From assembly GCA_050951325.1 (NCBI GenBank), contig JBMNIW010000003.1, positions 1-64,000 on the forward strand: DNA of 64,000 nt. Direction: 5' to 3'. Source of the stretch: Clostridia bacterium (GTDB lineage: Bacteria; Bacillota; Clostridia; UBA1212; DUPL01). Shown piece after piece: positions 39,855-51,252 of the stretch. Each line of letters begins with the position of its first letter. Position 1 is the first letter of the stretch. Both the position numbers and the translations under genes were made by a program. The notes under the pieces are model-generated. The model did not search any database. It was not told where the DNA came from and worked only from the letters and a program-made list of their open reading frames with translations.

Positions 39855-42046
39855 TCTCTTAACAACCCCGTATACCTTAATTCTTCGGTATTGTTGTTAA
39901 TCATATGAACAAGGCAGTCTTCTTTGCCAATCAGGACGACCATCTTCTTTGCCCTTGTTATGGCAGTGTAAAGAAGGTTTCTGGTCATCAGAATGGGAGA
40001 GGTGTAGAACAAAGGCAGTACAATATAGTCAAATTCGCTACCTTGGCTTTTATGAACTGTAATGGCATAACACAGCTCCAGGTCGTTCAGCTGCTCAAAT
40101 TCATAGCGTACGATTCTTTCATCATCAAATACAACATGAGCAATTTTACCCTTAGTGTCAATACTGGTCAGTATGCCCATTTCACCATTGAACACACCTT
40201 TCCCGTACTCTAAAGTACTTTGTCTTTCCCATTCAATGTTGTAATTATTCCTTATCTGCATCACCCTATCCCCTTCCCTGAAGAGGATATCTCCAAACAG
40301 TCTCTCCTTTTTATGTTTACTGGGAGGGTTTAGATAGCTTTGCAGAACTTTATTGACGTTTAACACACCGCATATTCCCTTTTTGGTTGGTATCAAAACC
40401 TGAATATCCCGCCTCGGATCAATATTATACGTCTGAGGAAGTCTGTTCACGCAAACATCAACGAGGGTGTCAAGACACCTTTCCTGATTATCCCTTTTTA
40501 TTAAAAAGAAATCCTTGTCACTCACATTCAACTTAGGTAATTGACCATTGTTTATCCTGTGTGCATTTACTGTAATCAGGCTTTCACTCTCCTGCCTGTA
40601 AATCTCATTAAGCGTGACAGTTGCAAACAGCTCGGAATCCAGCATGTCCTTTAACACTTTGCCAGGACCAACAGAAGGCAGCTGATCCTTATCGCCTACA
40701 AAAACAACCCGACAACCGTCATTTACGGCTTTGAGCAGATGATACATAAGAATTATGTCTATCATGGAAGACTCGTCCACTATCAATACATCACATTCAA
40801 GAGGTTCGTTTTCATTCTTTTTGAACATAACGTAATAATCGTCGTCGTTTTCAATATCGGAACTTACTTCAAGAAGTCTATGGATTGTCTTTGCTTCATG
40901 ATTGCACATTTCCGACATCCGCTTGGATGCCCTTCCTGTTGGAGCGCAAAGGAACACATCTTGCCCAAGAGATGTCATAAGATTCAATATGCCTTTTATT
41001 ATGGTTGTCTTGCCTGTTCCAGGACCGCCTGTAATAATTGAAACACCATTGCTTGCCGCAGTCCTTATGGCCTCTTTTTGCAGAGATGCCAGTATGTACC
41101 CTGTCTGCTGCTCAAAGGATTGTATTCCTCTTGCAACCTCGTCTTCATTCAAATGATATATGTTTGCAGAAAGCTCTTTAAGTTTTTTTGCAACAAAGGA
41201 CTGGCATTCGTACATATAGCGGAGATATACATGCCTGTCGTCTTCTCCATCTATAACAACTATCGAGCCTTCTTCTTCCAAAATGCCAATACAATGCACG
41301 ATATCCTCTTCCGATACATTTATAACTCTTACGTTATAAACAATATCCATAAGAGGCAGGTAAACATGTCCTCTTATGTAGCTGCTTTTTAGAATATAAA
41401 TTATGTATGCACAGACTCTTCTATATGAGTTTTCAGGATAGTCCAGCTGCAGAGCCAAGGCATCAACTTTTTCAAATCTTATTCTAGGAATATCCTCAAG
41501 CAGTCTGTATGGATTGCTCTTTATCAAGTCTGTGGCCATGCTCCCATATTTCTTATACAGTTTGACTGCATGCTTTGCATTTATGCCATGCTTGGTCAAA
41601 AAGCCCACTAGATTGGACATATCCTTGTGAATCATGCAAGCGTCACTGATTTTGTATGCCTTTTCCTCACTTATTCCTTTAACGCAAGTCAATTGGAGAG
41701 GATCATTTATGATTATATCTATGGATTCATCGCCAAACTCGTCCACTATGTATTTAGCTGTTTTTATCCCTACTCCTGGAATGAGTCCTGAAGACAAAAA
41801 ACCAATTATTTCATCATATCCAGTTGGAAGTTCCTTGGTGTAGCTTTCCACAACAAATTGTTCACCATAGCGTTTGTGAACCTCAAATTTGCCAACAGCA
41901 GAAATTGTCTCACCAACTTGCACGGAAGGCAAACTTCCTTTTATTGTAATGAGACAATCCCCTGTATCAAGATCACATATTTTAAAGCCATTATCAGTTT
42001 CAAACACTATGGATACAATTGTTCCATGAATGGTTTCCTCATTCAT
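39851..42046 (-). CDS. recD2: ATP-dependent RecD-like helicase RecD2
   Basis: HhH N-region, GGPGTGKT, APTGRA, VDESSM, TVHKSQGSE. Confidence 0.93.
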   Translation of the reverse strand: MNEETIHGTIVSIVFETDNGFKICDLDTGDCLITIKGSLPSVQVGETISAVGKFEVHKRYGEQFVVESYTKELPTGYDEIIGFLSSGLIPGVGIKTAKYIVDEFGDESIDIIINDPLQLTCVKGISEEKAYKISDACMIHKDMSNLVGFLTKHGINAKHAVKLYKKYGSMATDLIKSNPYRLLEDIPRIRFEKVDALALQLDYPENSYRRVCAYIIYILKSSYIRGHVYLPLMDIVYNVRVINVSEEDIVHCIGILEEEGSIVVIDGEDDRHVYLRYMYECQSFVAKKLKELSANIYHLNEDEVARGIQSFEQQTGYILASLQKEAIRTAASNGVSIITGGPGTGKTTIIKGILNLMTSLGQDVFLCAPTGRASKRMSEMCNHEAKTIHRLLEVSSDIENDDDYYVMFKKNENEPLECDVLIVDESSMIDIILMYHLLKAVNDGCRVVFVGDKDQLPSVGPGKVLKDMLDSELFATVTLNEIYRQESESLITVNAHRINNGQLPKLNVSDKDFFLIKRDNQERCLDTLVDVCVNRLPQTYNIDPRRDIQVLIPTKKGICGVLNVNKVLQSYLNPPSKHKKERLFGDILFREGDRVMQIRNNYNIEWERQSTLEYGKGVFNGEMGILTSIDTKGKIAHVVFDDERIVRYEFEQLNDLELCYAITVHKSQGSEFDYIVLPLFYTSPILMTRNLLYTAITRAKKMVVLIGKEDCLVHMINNNTEELRYTGLLRE

Positions 42047-42050
42047 TTTG

Positions 42051-42155
42051 CTACCCCGAATCACATTCTTCCTGTCGATACAGCCAAATACTGAGAAGAA
42101 TCACCAAGTGCATTGTAGTCAGCATGATGATTACCGAGTAAAGAAAAAACAGCAT
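42051..42155 (-). CDS. Small single-TM protein, 34 aa (MLFFLYSVIIMLTTMHLVILLSIWLYRQEECDSG)
   Basis: Own translation; GGAGG 9 nt before the ATG, hydrophobic core plus charged tail, stop 4 nt before the recD2 ATG. Confidence 0.55.
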   Translation of the reverse strand: MLFFLYSVIIMLTTMHLVILLSIWLYRQEECDSG

Positions 42156-42217
42156 GACACTACACCTCCAATATCATTATATGATATCAGTTATGGGTAT
42201 GTGTAATGCTGCATCTC

Positions 42218-44014
42218 TTATTCTGCCATGATTCTATCAAATTCATCCCCTTCGATTTTCTCTTTTTCGAGTAGGATGTCAGCAAGCTTGTTAAGTTTAT
42301 CAATATTTTCTGTCAGTATCTGCTTTGCTTTATCATAGCAGGAATCAATAACTTTCTTGACTTCATTGTCTATTATTGCAGCAGTTTCCTCTGAATAATT
42401 TCTGGTATGGGCATAATCCTTTCCTATGAATACCTCGTTGCTGCCAGTGTCCACAATCATATTGCCGAGATTCTCACTCATACCATACTTGGCCACCATG
42501 TTGTGAGCAATTTTGTTTGCTCTTTTAAGGTCTGAAGACGCTCCGGTACTTACCTCGTTCAGTACAAGCTCTTCGGCAGCCTTGCCACTTAGAGCAATAA
42601 CTATTTCTTCAAGAAGTTGAGACTTTGTAGTATATGCCCTGTCCTCATCAGGTCTGGAGGCGGTATAACCTCCTGCCAATCCTGCAGGTATTATTGAGAT
42701 CCTGTCAACCCTCTCAGTACTTGAGATAAGTTTTACGGCAATTGCATGTCCAGCCTCATGAAGTGCAGTCAGTCTCTTGTCCTTATCGGTCATTACCCTG
42801 CTCCTCTTCTCAGGACCTACGATGACCCTGAAGGTGGCTTCCTTAATATCCTCGTTGATAATCTCGTCCCTTTTGTTTCTCGCAGCCAATAGTGCAGCCT
42901 CATTCATGAGATTTTCCAGGTCAGCAGCAGTAAATCCTGATGTATTCTTTGCCACGTCAGAAAGGTCCACATCACTGCTTAACGGCTTGTTCTTTGCATG
43001 CACCTTGAGCATGAGTTCACGGGCCTTAATATCCGGATAACCAACGGTTATTTTCCTGTCAAAACGTCCCGGACGAGTCAATGCAGGGTCCAGTATGTCC
43101 GGCCTGTTTGTAGCAGCCATGATAATTATACCTTCATTTATACCGAAACCGTCCATTTCAACAAGCAACTGGTTCAGCGTCTGCTCTCTTTCGTCATGAC
43201 CGCCGCCAAGTCCTGCACCTCTATGTCGTCCCACAGCGTCAATCTCGTCAATAAAGATTATGCATGGGGTGTTTTTCTTTGCTTGTTCGAACAAATCCCT
43301 TACCCTGGATGCTCCAACTCCGACGTACATCTCTACAAAATCAGAACCACTGATTGAGAAGAATGGAACCCCGGCTTCTCCTGCAACTGCTTTTGCGAGA
43401 TATGTCTTACCTGTACCAGGTGGTCCAACCATTAAAACACCTTTTGGAATTCTGGCTCCCAATGAGGAATATCTTTTTGGATCCCTCAAAAAAGACACCA
43501 GTTCCATAAGTTCTTCTTTCTCTTCATCAGCTCCAGCAACATCCGCAAAGGTTATGTTACTGGTCGTATATATTCTGGCTCGGCTTTTTCCAAAGTTCAT
43601 GACTCTGTTTGCGCCGGCATTTCCTTGATTCATAAAGATAAACAAAAAAACCAGGAAAAGTACAACCATGAGAATGTATGGCAACAAGGTCACCCAAAAT
43701 GGAATTTCCCGTACGGTAGTAGAATATTTAAAGTCTTCTGCTTTTCTGCTTGCTTCAATCATTAATTCTTCAAAGACTTCCTGGGAATATATTGTTACCT
43801 TATACTCTTTCGCACCTTTAACCGGCTCTTTTAACTTTACGTTTGCCGTGTTTTTTTTCAGCTTGACTTCAGCCACATTATCTGCATCCAGCTGTTGTAT
43901 GAATTCCGTGTAGCTAAGGGTATTTACCGATATAATATTTTCGAGCATTATGACAACAAAAATAATCAGTGCTCCAATTATAATATATACCGATATATTT
44001 TTAAACGCCTTCAC
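42218..44014 (-). CDS. ftsH: ATP-dependent zinc metalloprotease FtsH
   Basis: 2 [18 protein letters not shown]. Confidence 0.98.
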   Translation of the reverse strand: MKAFKNISVYIIIGALIIFVVIMLENIISVNTLSYTEFIQQLDADNVAEVKLKKNTANVKLKEPVKGAKEYKVTIYSQEVFEELMIEASRKAEDFKYSTTVREIPFWVTLLPYILMVVLFLVFLFIFMNQGNAGANRVMNFGKSRARIYTTSNITFADVAGADEEKEELMELVSFLRDPKRYSSLGARIPKGVLMVGPPGTGKTYLAKAVAGEAGVPFFSISGSDFVEMYVGVGASRVRDLFEQAKKNTPCIIFIDEIDAVGRHRGAGLGGGHDEREQTLNQLLVEMDGFGINEGIIIMAATNRPDILDPALTRPGRFDRKITVGYPDIKARELMLKVHAKNKPLSSDVDLSDVAKNTSGFTAADLENLMNEAALLAARNKRDEIINEDIKEATFRVIVGPEKRSRVMTDKDKRLTALHEAGHAIAVKLISSTERVDRISIIPAGLAGGYTASRPDEDRAYTTKSQLLEEIVIALSGKAAEELVLNEVSTGASSDLKRANKIAHNMVAKYGMSENLGNMIVDTGSNEVFIGKDYAHTRNYSEETAAIIDNEVKKVIDSCYDKAKQILTENIDKLNKLADILLEKEKIEGDEFDRIMAE

Positions 44015-44076
44015 AATCTACCTCCAATGTGTTTATTAAAAATCGTACCATAATAATTGGGTTTTATCAACTTTTT

Positions 44077-44649
44077 CTACTTGACATACACGGACTTCTT
44101 GAGGATCCTCAAGTCAGGCAGATTCCTAAACAATCCATTGTAATCAAGTCCGTATCCCACCACATATTCATCAGGTATTACAATACCACTGTACTCAACA
44201 TCAACTTCAACTTTTCTTCTGTCAGGCTTGTCAAAAGCTGTACATACTTTGACACTTAATGGATTTCTAGTAGAAAACAAATTCTTCAGGTAAGACAAAG
44301 TCAACCCTGTATCTATTATATCCTCTACGATAAGAACATGTTTGCCAGTTACAGGTGTATCGGTGTCTTTTACCAAACGAACAACTCCTGATGATTTTGT
44401 TGAAGCACCATAACTGGATACAGCAATAAAATCCATCTCGACAGGTATGGATATATTCTTTGAAAGGTCGGACATGAACATAAATCCGCCTTTTAGAACA
44501 CATATCAAGATCAAAGGTTCCCCTTTGTAATCATTACTTATTCTTTCACCAAGCCTCTTACACATTTCAGCAATTTCTTCTTTCGTAGCCACTATTCCTT
44601 CTGTGTAATCCTCCAATGGTACATCGCATTCATATATTTCATTGCTCAT
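44077..44649 (-). CDS. hpt: Hypoxanthine phosphoribosyltransferase
   Basis: VLKGG, VEDIIDTGLT, VVGYGLDY. Confidence 0.97.
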   Translation of the reverse strand: MSNEIYECDVPLEDYTEGIVATKEEIAEMCKRLGERISNDYKGEPLILICVLKGGFMFMSDLSKNISIPVEMDFIAVSSYGASTKSSGVVRLVKDTDTPVTGKHVLIVEDIIDTGLTLSYLKNLFSTRNPLSVKVCTAFDKPDRRKVEVDVEYSGIVIPDEYVVGYGLDYNGLFRNLPDLRILKKSVYVK

Positions 44650-46034
44650 TTGTCTTCCTCCAATATTTTGTAGTGCAACCTGAATATTATAACATTTTGT
44701 GTGTTTTTATCAATAGGTGCCACATTGCTTATTCTCAAATTTGGTATCCAGAGTATGTTGTTTTCATGTGCAAGAAGCATAATTTTATTTCTTTCCGATA
44801 CAGGTATTTTTTCATCTATAAAAAACTTTTTAAGTTTCTTTGTTCCTCTGAAACCAAAAGGCCTGAATATGTCACCTTCTTGTCTTGTTCTAATCTCCAA
44901 CTGATCCATATTTACTTCCTTTAACAGTTTGTCATAATCAAAACATGCACATCCCATATCCTTCAAAAGCTCTTTGTCAAAGGAATTGCCAGAAACAACC
45001 TCATGTGTGAAATAATAGTCGGATTGCTCATTCTGAACATCCTCGTCAAAAGCAAATATTAAAGCATCATATTCTTTCCTTGCGACAACTCCCTTGGATA
45101 CGTCCACATGTTTACCAGAATAACCAGAAAGAGCGAACTCGTCCACCCGTTTAATAATCGACATCTCAATACCTTTTCCAGCTTCAAAAAAATGTCTGCC
45201 ATTCTTGTCAATAAGCTGACTTAAAGCAATCTTTAATATTCTTCCCCTTATTGCCACATGGTACTTTGAATACCTTGCTGTATCTATTTTTACATTTGAA
45301 TCTGGAATAATGCATTCAAGTGCCTTTTCATATGCAACAGAATTTAGAAATTCACTATCCTCCATGCTTAAATCAGAAAGACGGATTATGGATTCTTTTA
45401 TGCTGCCATACTCACTTTCCAAAAAAGGAATGATATTATGCCTTATCCTGTTTCTTGTGTATGTCACATCAGCATTTGTACTGTCTACTTTGAACTCGAT
45501 ATTGTTTTGACTTAAGAATTCTTCAATTTTCTTACGGCTAATATCAAGCATCGGCCTGATTATATTACCTCTCGTATAAGGGATGCCTTTCAAGCCATCA
45601 ATGGATGTACCTCTTAAAATATTGTGAATGACAGTCTCAATCCTGTCATCCCTGTTGTGGGCAACACAAATTCTATACCCTGTTTCTTTTGCAACCTTTT
45701 CAAAAAATTCATACCTTGCAATCCTTGCTGTTTCCTCTATACCCTTGTTAAGCTTTTTGGCAAGAGAAGGTACATCCCCCGACTCACAATAAAGCTTTAT
45801 GCCAAGTTTTTTGCAAACATCTTTTACAAACTCCATGTCGGAGTCCGATTCCTTTCCTCTTATGCAGTGATTGAAGTGGGCACATACCAAATCAACATCA
45901 TGTTTTCTGCAATAGTCAAAAAGAAGATACAGCATGCATATTGAGTCAGCTCCACCCGATACGCATGCTATCACACCTTTGTCTATCATGTTGTATTTGG
46001 TTATCGTTTCTTCAAACCTCTCATATATGTCCAC
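44646..46034 (-). CDS. tilS: tRNA(Ile)-lysidine synthase
   Basis: SGGADS PP-loop, RNRIRH, TilS-C domain. Confidence 0.96.
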   Translation of the reverse strand: MDIYERFEETITKYNMIDKGVIACVSGGADSICMLYLLFDYCRKHDVDLVCAHFNHCIRGKESDSDMEFVKDVCKKLGIKLYCESGDVPSLAKKLNKGIEETARIARYEFFEKVAKETGYRICVAHNRDDRIETVIHNILRGTSIDGLKGIPYTRGNIIRPMLDISRKKIEEFLSQNNIEFKVDSTNADVTYTRNRIRHNIIPFLESEYGSIKESIIRLSDLSMEDSEFLNSVAYEKALECIIPDSNVKIDTARYSKYHVAIRGRILKIALSQLIDKNGRHFFEAGKGIEMSIIKRVDEFALSGYSGKHVDVSKGVVARKEYDALIFAFDEDVQNEQSDYYFTHEVVSGNSFDKELLKDMGCACFDYDKLLKEVNMDQLEIRTRQEGDIFRPFGFRGTKKLKKFFIDEKIPVSERNKIMLLAHENNILWIPNLRISNVAPIDKNTQNVIIFRLHYKILEEDK

Positions 46035-46050
46035 TTAAATATCTCCAACC

Positions 46051-47397
46051 TTACTTAGAAAACGCCATGTTTTTGAAAGTAATGTGTTCAGGGTCAAACA
46101 TAAGTTTAACAGTTCCAGTTGAACCGTTTCTGTGTTTTGCCACAATAACTTCCGTTACGTTTTTGAACTCTGTATCCGGGTTGTAATAATCGTCCCTGTA
46201 TAAAAACATAACGATATCGGCATCCTGCTCTATTGCTCCTGATTCTCTCAAGTCACTGAGCATGGGTCTTTTGTCTCCTCTTTTCTCAACATCCCTACTC
46301 AACTGGGAGCCAACGATTACAGGCACATTAAGCTCTTTGGCCATGATTTTCAACGACCTGGAAATATCGGATACTTCCTGTACCCTGTTGTCTGTACGTT
46401 TGCTTCCCGACATAAGCTGTATGTAGTCTATTATAACCAATTTTATATCTTTTTCCAACTTGAGTTTTCTGCACTTTGCCCGGATGGATGAAACGTTTAC
46501 ATCCGTTGCATCGTCAAAGTAAATTGGAGCTTCCGACATTGGACCCAAAGCTTCAGCAAGTCTTGTCCAATCATCGTCCTGAATCTGGCCGCTTCTGAGC
46601 TTTTCACTGGCAACCTGCGATACACTGCTTAGCATTCTAGTCGCCAGCTGCTCATTAGACATCTCCAAGTTAAATACTGCAACAGGTACCTTTCTGTTAA
46701 TGGCTGCATATTGTGCAATATTCAACATGAATGCGGTTTTTCCCATACCTGGACGAGCAGCTATAAGGATAAGGTCCGAGTCATGAAGACCTGAAAGCAT
46801 TTTGTCCAGGTCATGATAACCTGTTGGTATTCCTGGGATGCCTTTCATTAGGGATATCTCTTCGAGCTTGTTGTATACAGTTGTAAGGACATCCCTCAGC
46901 TGAACATAGGATTTCCCGGTTCTGTTCTGGGAGATACCGAATACAAGCTGTTCTGCCATTTCAAGAGCCTGAGAGATATCTCCTTCAGGTTCATAAGCAG
47001 TTTTCGATATTTCATATGCAGCTTTAATAAGTTTTCTCTGAATTGATTTCTCAGCAACGATTGTTGCATACTGCTTTGCATTTGAAGACAAGGGAACACC
47101 GTCTGCCAAAGAAGCGATATATGGAATTCCGCCAACGGTTTCAAGAATTCCCTTCGTTGCAAGTCTTTCCGTTACCGTAACCACATCCACGGGCAGGTTC
47201 TGGTTGAACAGTTCAATTATTGTCTCAAATATGGACGCATGGTTACGGCTGTAGAAGTCGTCAGGTTTTACAATATCAACAACATCCATCAATACATCCG
47301 ATGTCAGGAGTACTGCCCCTATAACGGATCTTTCTGCATCCAGATTGTGTGGCGGAATCCTGTTGGTTCCAACTGCGCTACTGGCATCCATTCGCAC
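46051..47397 (-). CDS. dnaB: Replicative DNA helicase
   Basis: PPHNLDAE, ARPGMGKT, DYIQLM, SDLRESGAIEQDAD. Confidence 0.98.
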   Translation of the reverse strand: MRMDASSAVGTNRIPPHNLDAERSVIGAVLLTSDVLMDVVDIVKPDDFYSRNHASIFETIIELFNQNLPVDVVTVTERLATKGILETVGGIPYIASLADGVPLSSNAKQYATIVAEKSIQRKLIKAAYEISKTAYEPEGDISQALEMAEQLVFGISQNRTGKSYVQLRDVLTTVYNKLEEISLMKGIPGIPTGYHDLDKMLSGLHDSDLILIAARPGMGKTAFMLNIAQYAAINRKVPVAVFNLEMSNEQLATRMLSSVSQVASEKLRSGQIQDDDWTRLAEALGPMSEAPIYFDDATDVNVSSIRAKCRKLKLEKDIKLVIIDYIQLMSGSKRTDNRVQEVSDISRSLKIMAKELNVPVIVGSQLSRDVEKRGDKRPMLSDLRESGAIEQDADIVMFLYRDDYYNPDTEFKNVTEVIVAKHRNGSTGTVKLMFDPEHITFKNMAFSK

Positions 47398-47401
47398 TCA
47401 C

Positions 47402-47848
47402 CTATTCTTCTTGTATACTTACACTAAACCTTGCAGAAACACCAAGGTGAACCTTTACTTCCAAGTCAAAGGTTCCCAACTGCTTTATAGGTTCGTTCAT
47501 AACTATTTTCTTTCTGTCTATATCCACACCTGTTGCGTCCTTTATTGCATCTGAAATATCCTTATTGGAGATGGCACCAAAAAGTTTTCCACTTTCACCA
47601 GTTTTTGCTTTTATGACAAATTGCTTACCCTCAATTTTCTTCGCAAGCTGTTTTGCTTCCTCCAGTTCTTTTGCAGCCTTTGCATCTGCCGCCCTCTTCT
47701 TGTTTTCCAAAGTTCTTAAATTGGCATCAGTTGCTTGTAATGCAAGCTTTCTTGGAATAAGATAATTGTTCGCATACCCGTCACTAACATTCACTATCTG
47801 ATCCTTTTTACCTAAAGACTTTATATCCTGTAACAATATTACCTTCAT
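47402..47848 (-). CDS. rplI: 50S ribosomal protein L9
   Basis: MKVILLQD..SLGK, GYANNYLIP, GKLFGAI. Confidence 0.98.
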   Translation of the reverse strand: MKVILLQDIKSLGKKDQIVNVSDGYANNYLIPRKLALQATDANLRTLENKKRAADAKAAKELEEAKQLAKKIEGKQFVIKAKTGESGKLFGAISNKDISDAIKDATGVDIDRKKIVMNEPIKQLGTFDLEVKVHLGVSARFSVSIQEE

Positions 47849-47866
47849 TACATAATCCTCCCCAAA

Positions 47867-49864
47867 TTAATTGATATAACTTTCAATTGCTTCTATCAAG
47901 CTCTTTTTTGCGTATTGTATTGATACGTCTTTTATTGCAGCGCCAGCAGCAGTCAAATGACCGCCTCCTCCCAGTTTCTCTAGAATAACTTGAACATTGA
48001 TTGCCCCTAAAGACCTGGCGCTTATGTAAACAACTCCACCTATTTCACACAGGACAAACGTAGCATCAATACCTGCCACATTCAGCATCTGATCCGCAGC
48101 AAGAGCTGATATGAATTTCGGATTCTTTATGTCCGAACCACATACGGCAATGGACATGTTTCCGTACACAATCTCCGCACTGGTTGCCACATCACAAACC
48201 TGTATAAAGGTTTGAATATCAGGCTGGAAGTATTGCTTTACGGATATTGTATCAACACCCTGTGCTCTTAAGAAGGAAGCCGCTTCAAAGGTTCTTGTGC
48301 CGGTTTTGAATGTAAAGTTCTTGGTATCAACAAGTATCCCGGCATAAAGCGCTTCAGCCTCTATGGGTGGTATTGTTACATTCGGTTCAAAATACATGAG
48401 TATTTCCACTAGCAGCTCGCTTGTGGATGATGCGTAAGTTTCCGCATAATCTATTACAGTATTTTTGATGAAGTCGGAACCTCTTCTATGGTGGTCTATA
48501 AGTGCTATTCTGCTTGCATAATCAAGAAGCTTTGGACACTCCGTAAGCTCCTTGTTATATGTGTCCACAACAATAACAAGAGTGTTGTCATCGATTATAT
48601 TCAAGGCGTAACTTGAGTTAATAAATACTTCCTCGTATTCCTCCATGGTGGACAGCTTTTCCATAATAGCTGCAATGGACTGGTTTACTGAGTTCAGAAC
48701 AATATTGGCTTTTACACTTCTTAAACAACATGCCCTGTAAAGCGCAAGGGATGCCCCCAGACTGTCCATGTCACAGTTATTATGACCCATTATGATTACC
48801 CTGCTGCTTTTGTCTATCTCTTCCTTCAGAAGATTGGATATGACTCTTGCCCTTACCTTTGTACGGCGTTCCATTTCAATATTGCTTCCACCATAGTAAG
48901 TGTCCTTGTTGTTCGACCTGACTATGGCCTGGTCTCCGCCTCTTCCAAGCGCAAGCTCGACAGCCATTTCTGCATTTTTGTAGTTTTCTTCTATTGTTTC
49001 TCCATCTTTCGCAATACCTATGCTAAGAGATACCGGTATCTTGTTTCCTACATTAATGTTCTTTGCCTTGTCCAATATTACAAACTTGTTCTTCTCAAAC
49101 TCTTTTAACTCATGATTTTCAGCAAGCAAAACATACCTGTCTCTTATTAATCTTCTGATTATTGCGCCTTTTCCTTTAAGCCATTCGTCAAATATTCTAT
49201 TAAGTTCAACAAATATTTCATTTACAACAGCTTCTCCACTTGAACGATATATTTCTTCATAACTGTCTATTACAATTATTCCTACTGCCAGTTTCTCATC
49301 TTCGTACTTCTGCCTTAATTTGACCATCTCGGTTATATCAATGAAATACAGCATGATATAAAAGCCGCGTTTTTCTTCCTTTTCTGCTTTTATAATATTG
49401 CCCAGCATCTGATAAGTTCTGCCTTCAAGATATACCTCGCTCACAAGGTTAGTATCGTTCTCTATAAGCTTGCTTTTTATTTTCAATAGAAATAGTTCGT
49501 TGACAGTCTTCCTTATTAGCTTCTTTTTTTCAAAAATATTGGCAAAATGCTTGTTGTGCCATATAAGTTCTCCACTTTCATTTATAAACAAAAGCGGCAA
49601 ATGGAAATCCCTTATCGAACCTTCCTTTCCTTCCTTCATGTGGAAAGATATGCCCGACACAATTTTTACTATGGCTTTTCTTTTTAATATGGCTATAACA
49701 ATATTCAATAAAATAACAGCGACAAGCAGCAGAATGTAAACCAGCACATTCGTATAAATCTTCTGCACTGCACTAATATAAATGCTGTTTGCAATAAACG
49801 CTGCCGCTATCACAAAATTAATCAACGCCATATTTACTTTTCGGATTGAAAATTTACCTTTCAT
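47867..49864 (-). CDS. gdpP: Cyclic-di-AMP phosphodiesterase GdpP (DHH/DHHA1)
   Basis: 2 TM, degenerate GGDEF (ALGRGGDQ), DHH, GGGH; conserved position before rplI. Confidence 0.93.
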   Translation of the reverse strand: MKGKFSIRKVNMALINFVIAAAFIANSIYISAVQKIYTNVLVYILLLVAVILLNIVIAILKRKAIVKIVSGISFHMKEGKEGSIRDFHLPLLFINESGELIWHNKHFANIFEKKKLIRKTVNELFLLKIKSKLIENDTNLVSEVYLEGRTYQMLGNIIKAEKEEKRGFYIMLYFIDITEMVKLRQKYEDEKLAVGIIVIDSYEEIYRSSGEAVVNEIFVELNRIFDEWLKGKGAIIRRLIRDRYVLLAENHELKEFEKNKFVILDKAKNINVGNKIPVSLSIGIAKDGETIEENYKNAEMAVELALGRGGDQAIVRSNNKDTYYGGSNIEMERRTKVRARVISNLLKEEIDKSSRVIIMGHNNCDMDSLGASLALYRACCLRSVKANIVLNSVNQSIAAIMEKLSTMEEYEEVFINSSYALNIIDDNTLVIVVDTYNKELTECPKLLDYASRIALIDHHRRGSDFIKNTVIDYAETYASSTSELLVEILMYFEPNVTIPPIEAEALYAGILVDTKNFTFKTGTRTFEAASFLRAQGVDTISVKQYFQPDIQTFIQVCDVATSAEIVYGNMSIAVCGSDIKNPKFISALAADQMLNVAGIDATFVLCEIGGVVYISARSLGAINVQVILEKLGGGGHLTAAGAAIKDVSIQYAKKSLIEAIESYIN

Positions 49865-49865
49865 G

Positions 49866-50099
49866 TTAAACTTTTCTCAACCTTAATTTTCTTATTACCT
49901 TGTTGCTTATTTCGTCCTGATCAAGTCCCAGTTTCTTTCCGAGTGCATAAGAAAGAACTATTAGCTCAGATATGTCCTCGTTCACTTCGTCGATTATTAT
50001 TTCGTCGGCTGAAAGGTCTTTGTACAGTTTTCCTACCGCCAGTACCAAGTCGGCTTTACAATTGTCAATTTGTCTGACATTACCAAAAACATTCAACAT
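49866..50099 (-). CDS. Small MazG-like family protein
   Basis: 77 aa helical protein at the usual clostridial position between rpsR and gdpP. Confidence 0.6.
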   Translation of the reverse strand: MLNVFGNVRQIDNCKADLVLAVGKLYKDLSADEIIIDEVNEDISELIVLSYALGKKLGLDQDEISNKVIRKLRLRKV

Positions 50100-50168
50100 A
50101 CTAACCCCTCATTCCGTTTTTTATATACAAAAAGAGCGCAACTATGGAAGCTGCGCTTTTTACTTATA

Positions 50169-50441
50169 TTAATCAGAAGAAAATGGCATCAACGCAACGT
50201 GTCTTGCCCTCTTTATAGCGTTGGTAAGCTGTCTCTGATGCTTGGCGCAGTTTCCGGAAATTCTTTTTGGCAGAATCTTGCCTCTTTCGGAAACAAACTT
50301 TCTAAGCTTTGCAATATCTTTATAATCAATATGTTCAACTTTGTCAACGCAGAAAGGACATACCTTCTTTCTTCCTCTTCTTTGTCTTGTAAAGTTTCTA
50401 ACTTCCTTTTCGCCATCTTTGTTGCCTTCTTTTTTCACCAT
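50169..50441 (-). CDS. rpsR: 30S ribosomal protein S18
   Basis: CPFC, IDYKD, ERGKILP, AIKRAR. Confidence 0.98.
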   Translation of the reverse strand: MVKKEGNKDGEKEVRNFTRQRRGRKKVCPFCVDKVEHIDYKDIAKLRKFVSERGKILPKRISGNCAKHQRQLTNAIKRARHVALMPFSSD

Positions 50442-50477
50442 GATTTCGCCTCCTTCTTTCGAGATAGGTAATATTAC

Positions 50478-50903
50478 TTAGAATGGTATATCTCCATCAT
50501 CTTCGTCTAGAACAAAGAAGCCAGCCTGTTGAGGTTGTGATTCAGCACCGTAACCCGGCATATTGTCGTTAGTAGGTCCATCATGGCGTTTGCTGTCTGC
50601 AAACTCAACTTCATCAATAACTACATCTGTTGAATAACGCCTCTTGCCTTCCTGGTCCTCCCAGGAACTCGTCTCAATTCTACCAGCCACAGCTATTCTA
50701 GAGCCCTTGGTAAAATACTTTGATATAAATTCAGCAGTACTTCTCCACGCAACGCAGTTTATAAAATCTGCGGTTTGCTGTTGGTTTTCCGACCTGTATC
50801 TGCGGTCTACCGCCAAAGTTATACGGCAAACTGGAATATTGGACGGAGTATACCTCAGTTCCGGATCTTTTGTAAGCCTTCCGATTAAAACTACTTTATT
50901 CAT
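50478..50903 (-). CDS. ssb: Single-stranded DNA-binding protein
   Basis: MNKVVLIGRLTKDPELRYT, C-terminal DIPF. Confidence 0.98.
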   Translation of the reverse strand: MNKVVLIGRLTKDPELRYTPSNIPVCRITLAVDRRYRSENQQQTADFINCVAWRSTAEFISKYFTKGSRIAVAGRIETSSWEDQEGKRRYSTDVVIDEVEFADSKRHDGPTNDNMPGYGAESQPQQAGFFVLDEDDGDIPF

Positions 50904-50911
50904 AACATCAC

Positions 50912-51208
50912 CTATCCTTTGTTTCTTCTGATGACAAGGTACCTTAAAATACCTTCAGTAATTTTGAAGTTTCTTTCAAGTTCCGCTGGAAAATCGGACT
51001 CGGAACTAAATGTCGCCAATACATAATGACCTTCGGTTACATAGTTAATTGGATAAGCGAGACGTCTCTTGCCCCATTCTACAAAGGATTCAAGAGTCGC
51101 TTGAGATTCTATCAGGTTTTTGAATTTTTCAACTATTTCATTTACTTTCTCTTCACCTGGTACTGGATTAACTATGAACATTACTTCATAATTGTTCATC
51201 TGTTTCAC
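50912..51208 (-). CDS. rpsF: 30S ribosomal protein S6
   Basis: YEVMFI, WGKRRLAYPI, ILRYLVI. Confidence 0.98.
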   Translation of the reverse strand: MKQMNNYEVMFIVNPVPGEEKVNEIVEKFKNLIESQATLESFVEWGKRRLAYPINYVTEGHYVLATFSSESDFPAELERNFKITEGILRYLVIRRNKG

Positions 51209-51252
51209 CTCCTTTTGGACTAACGGCCCTGTTATAACTAACAGAGCAAGGA
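51208..51252 (-). promoter_or_regulatory. S6:S18 ribosomal protein leader (rpsF leader)
   Basis: Minus strand TCCTTGCTCTGTTA...TAACAGGGCCGTTAGTCCAAAAGGAGG: hairpin, CCG in the internal loop and a basal stem covering the SD; promoter TTGTAC-17-TATAAT just upstream. Confidence 0.8.
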
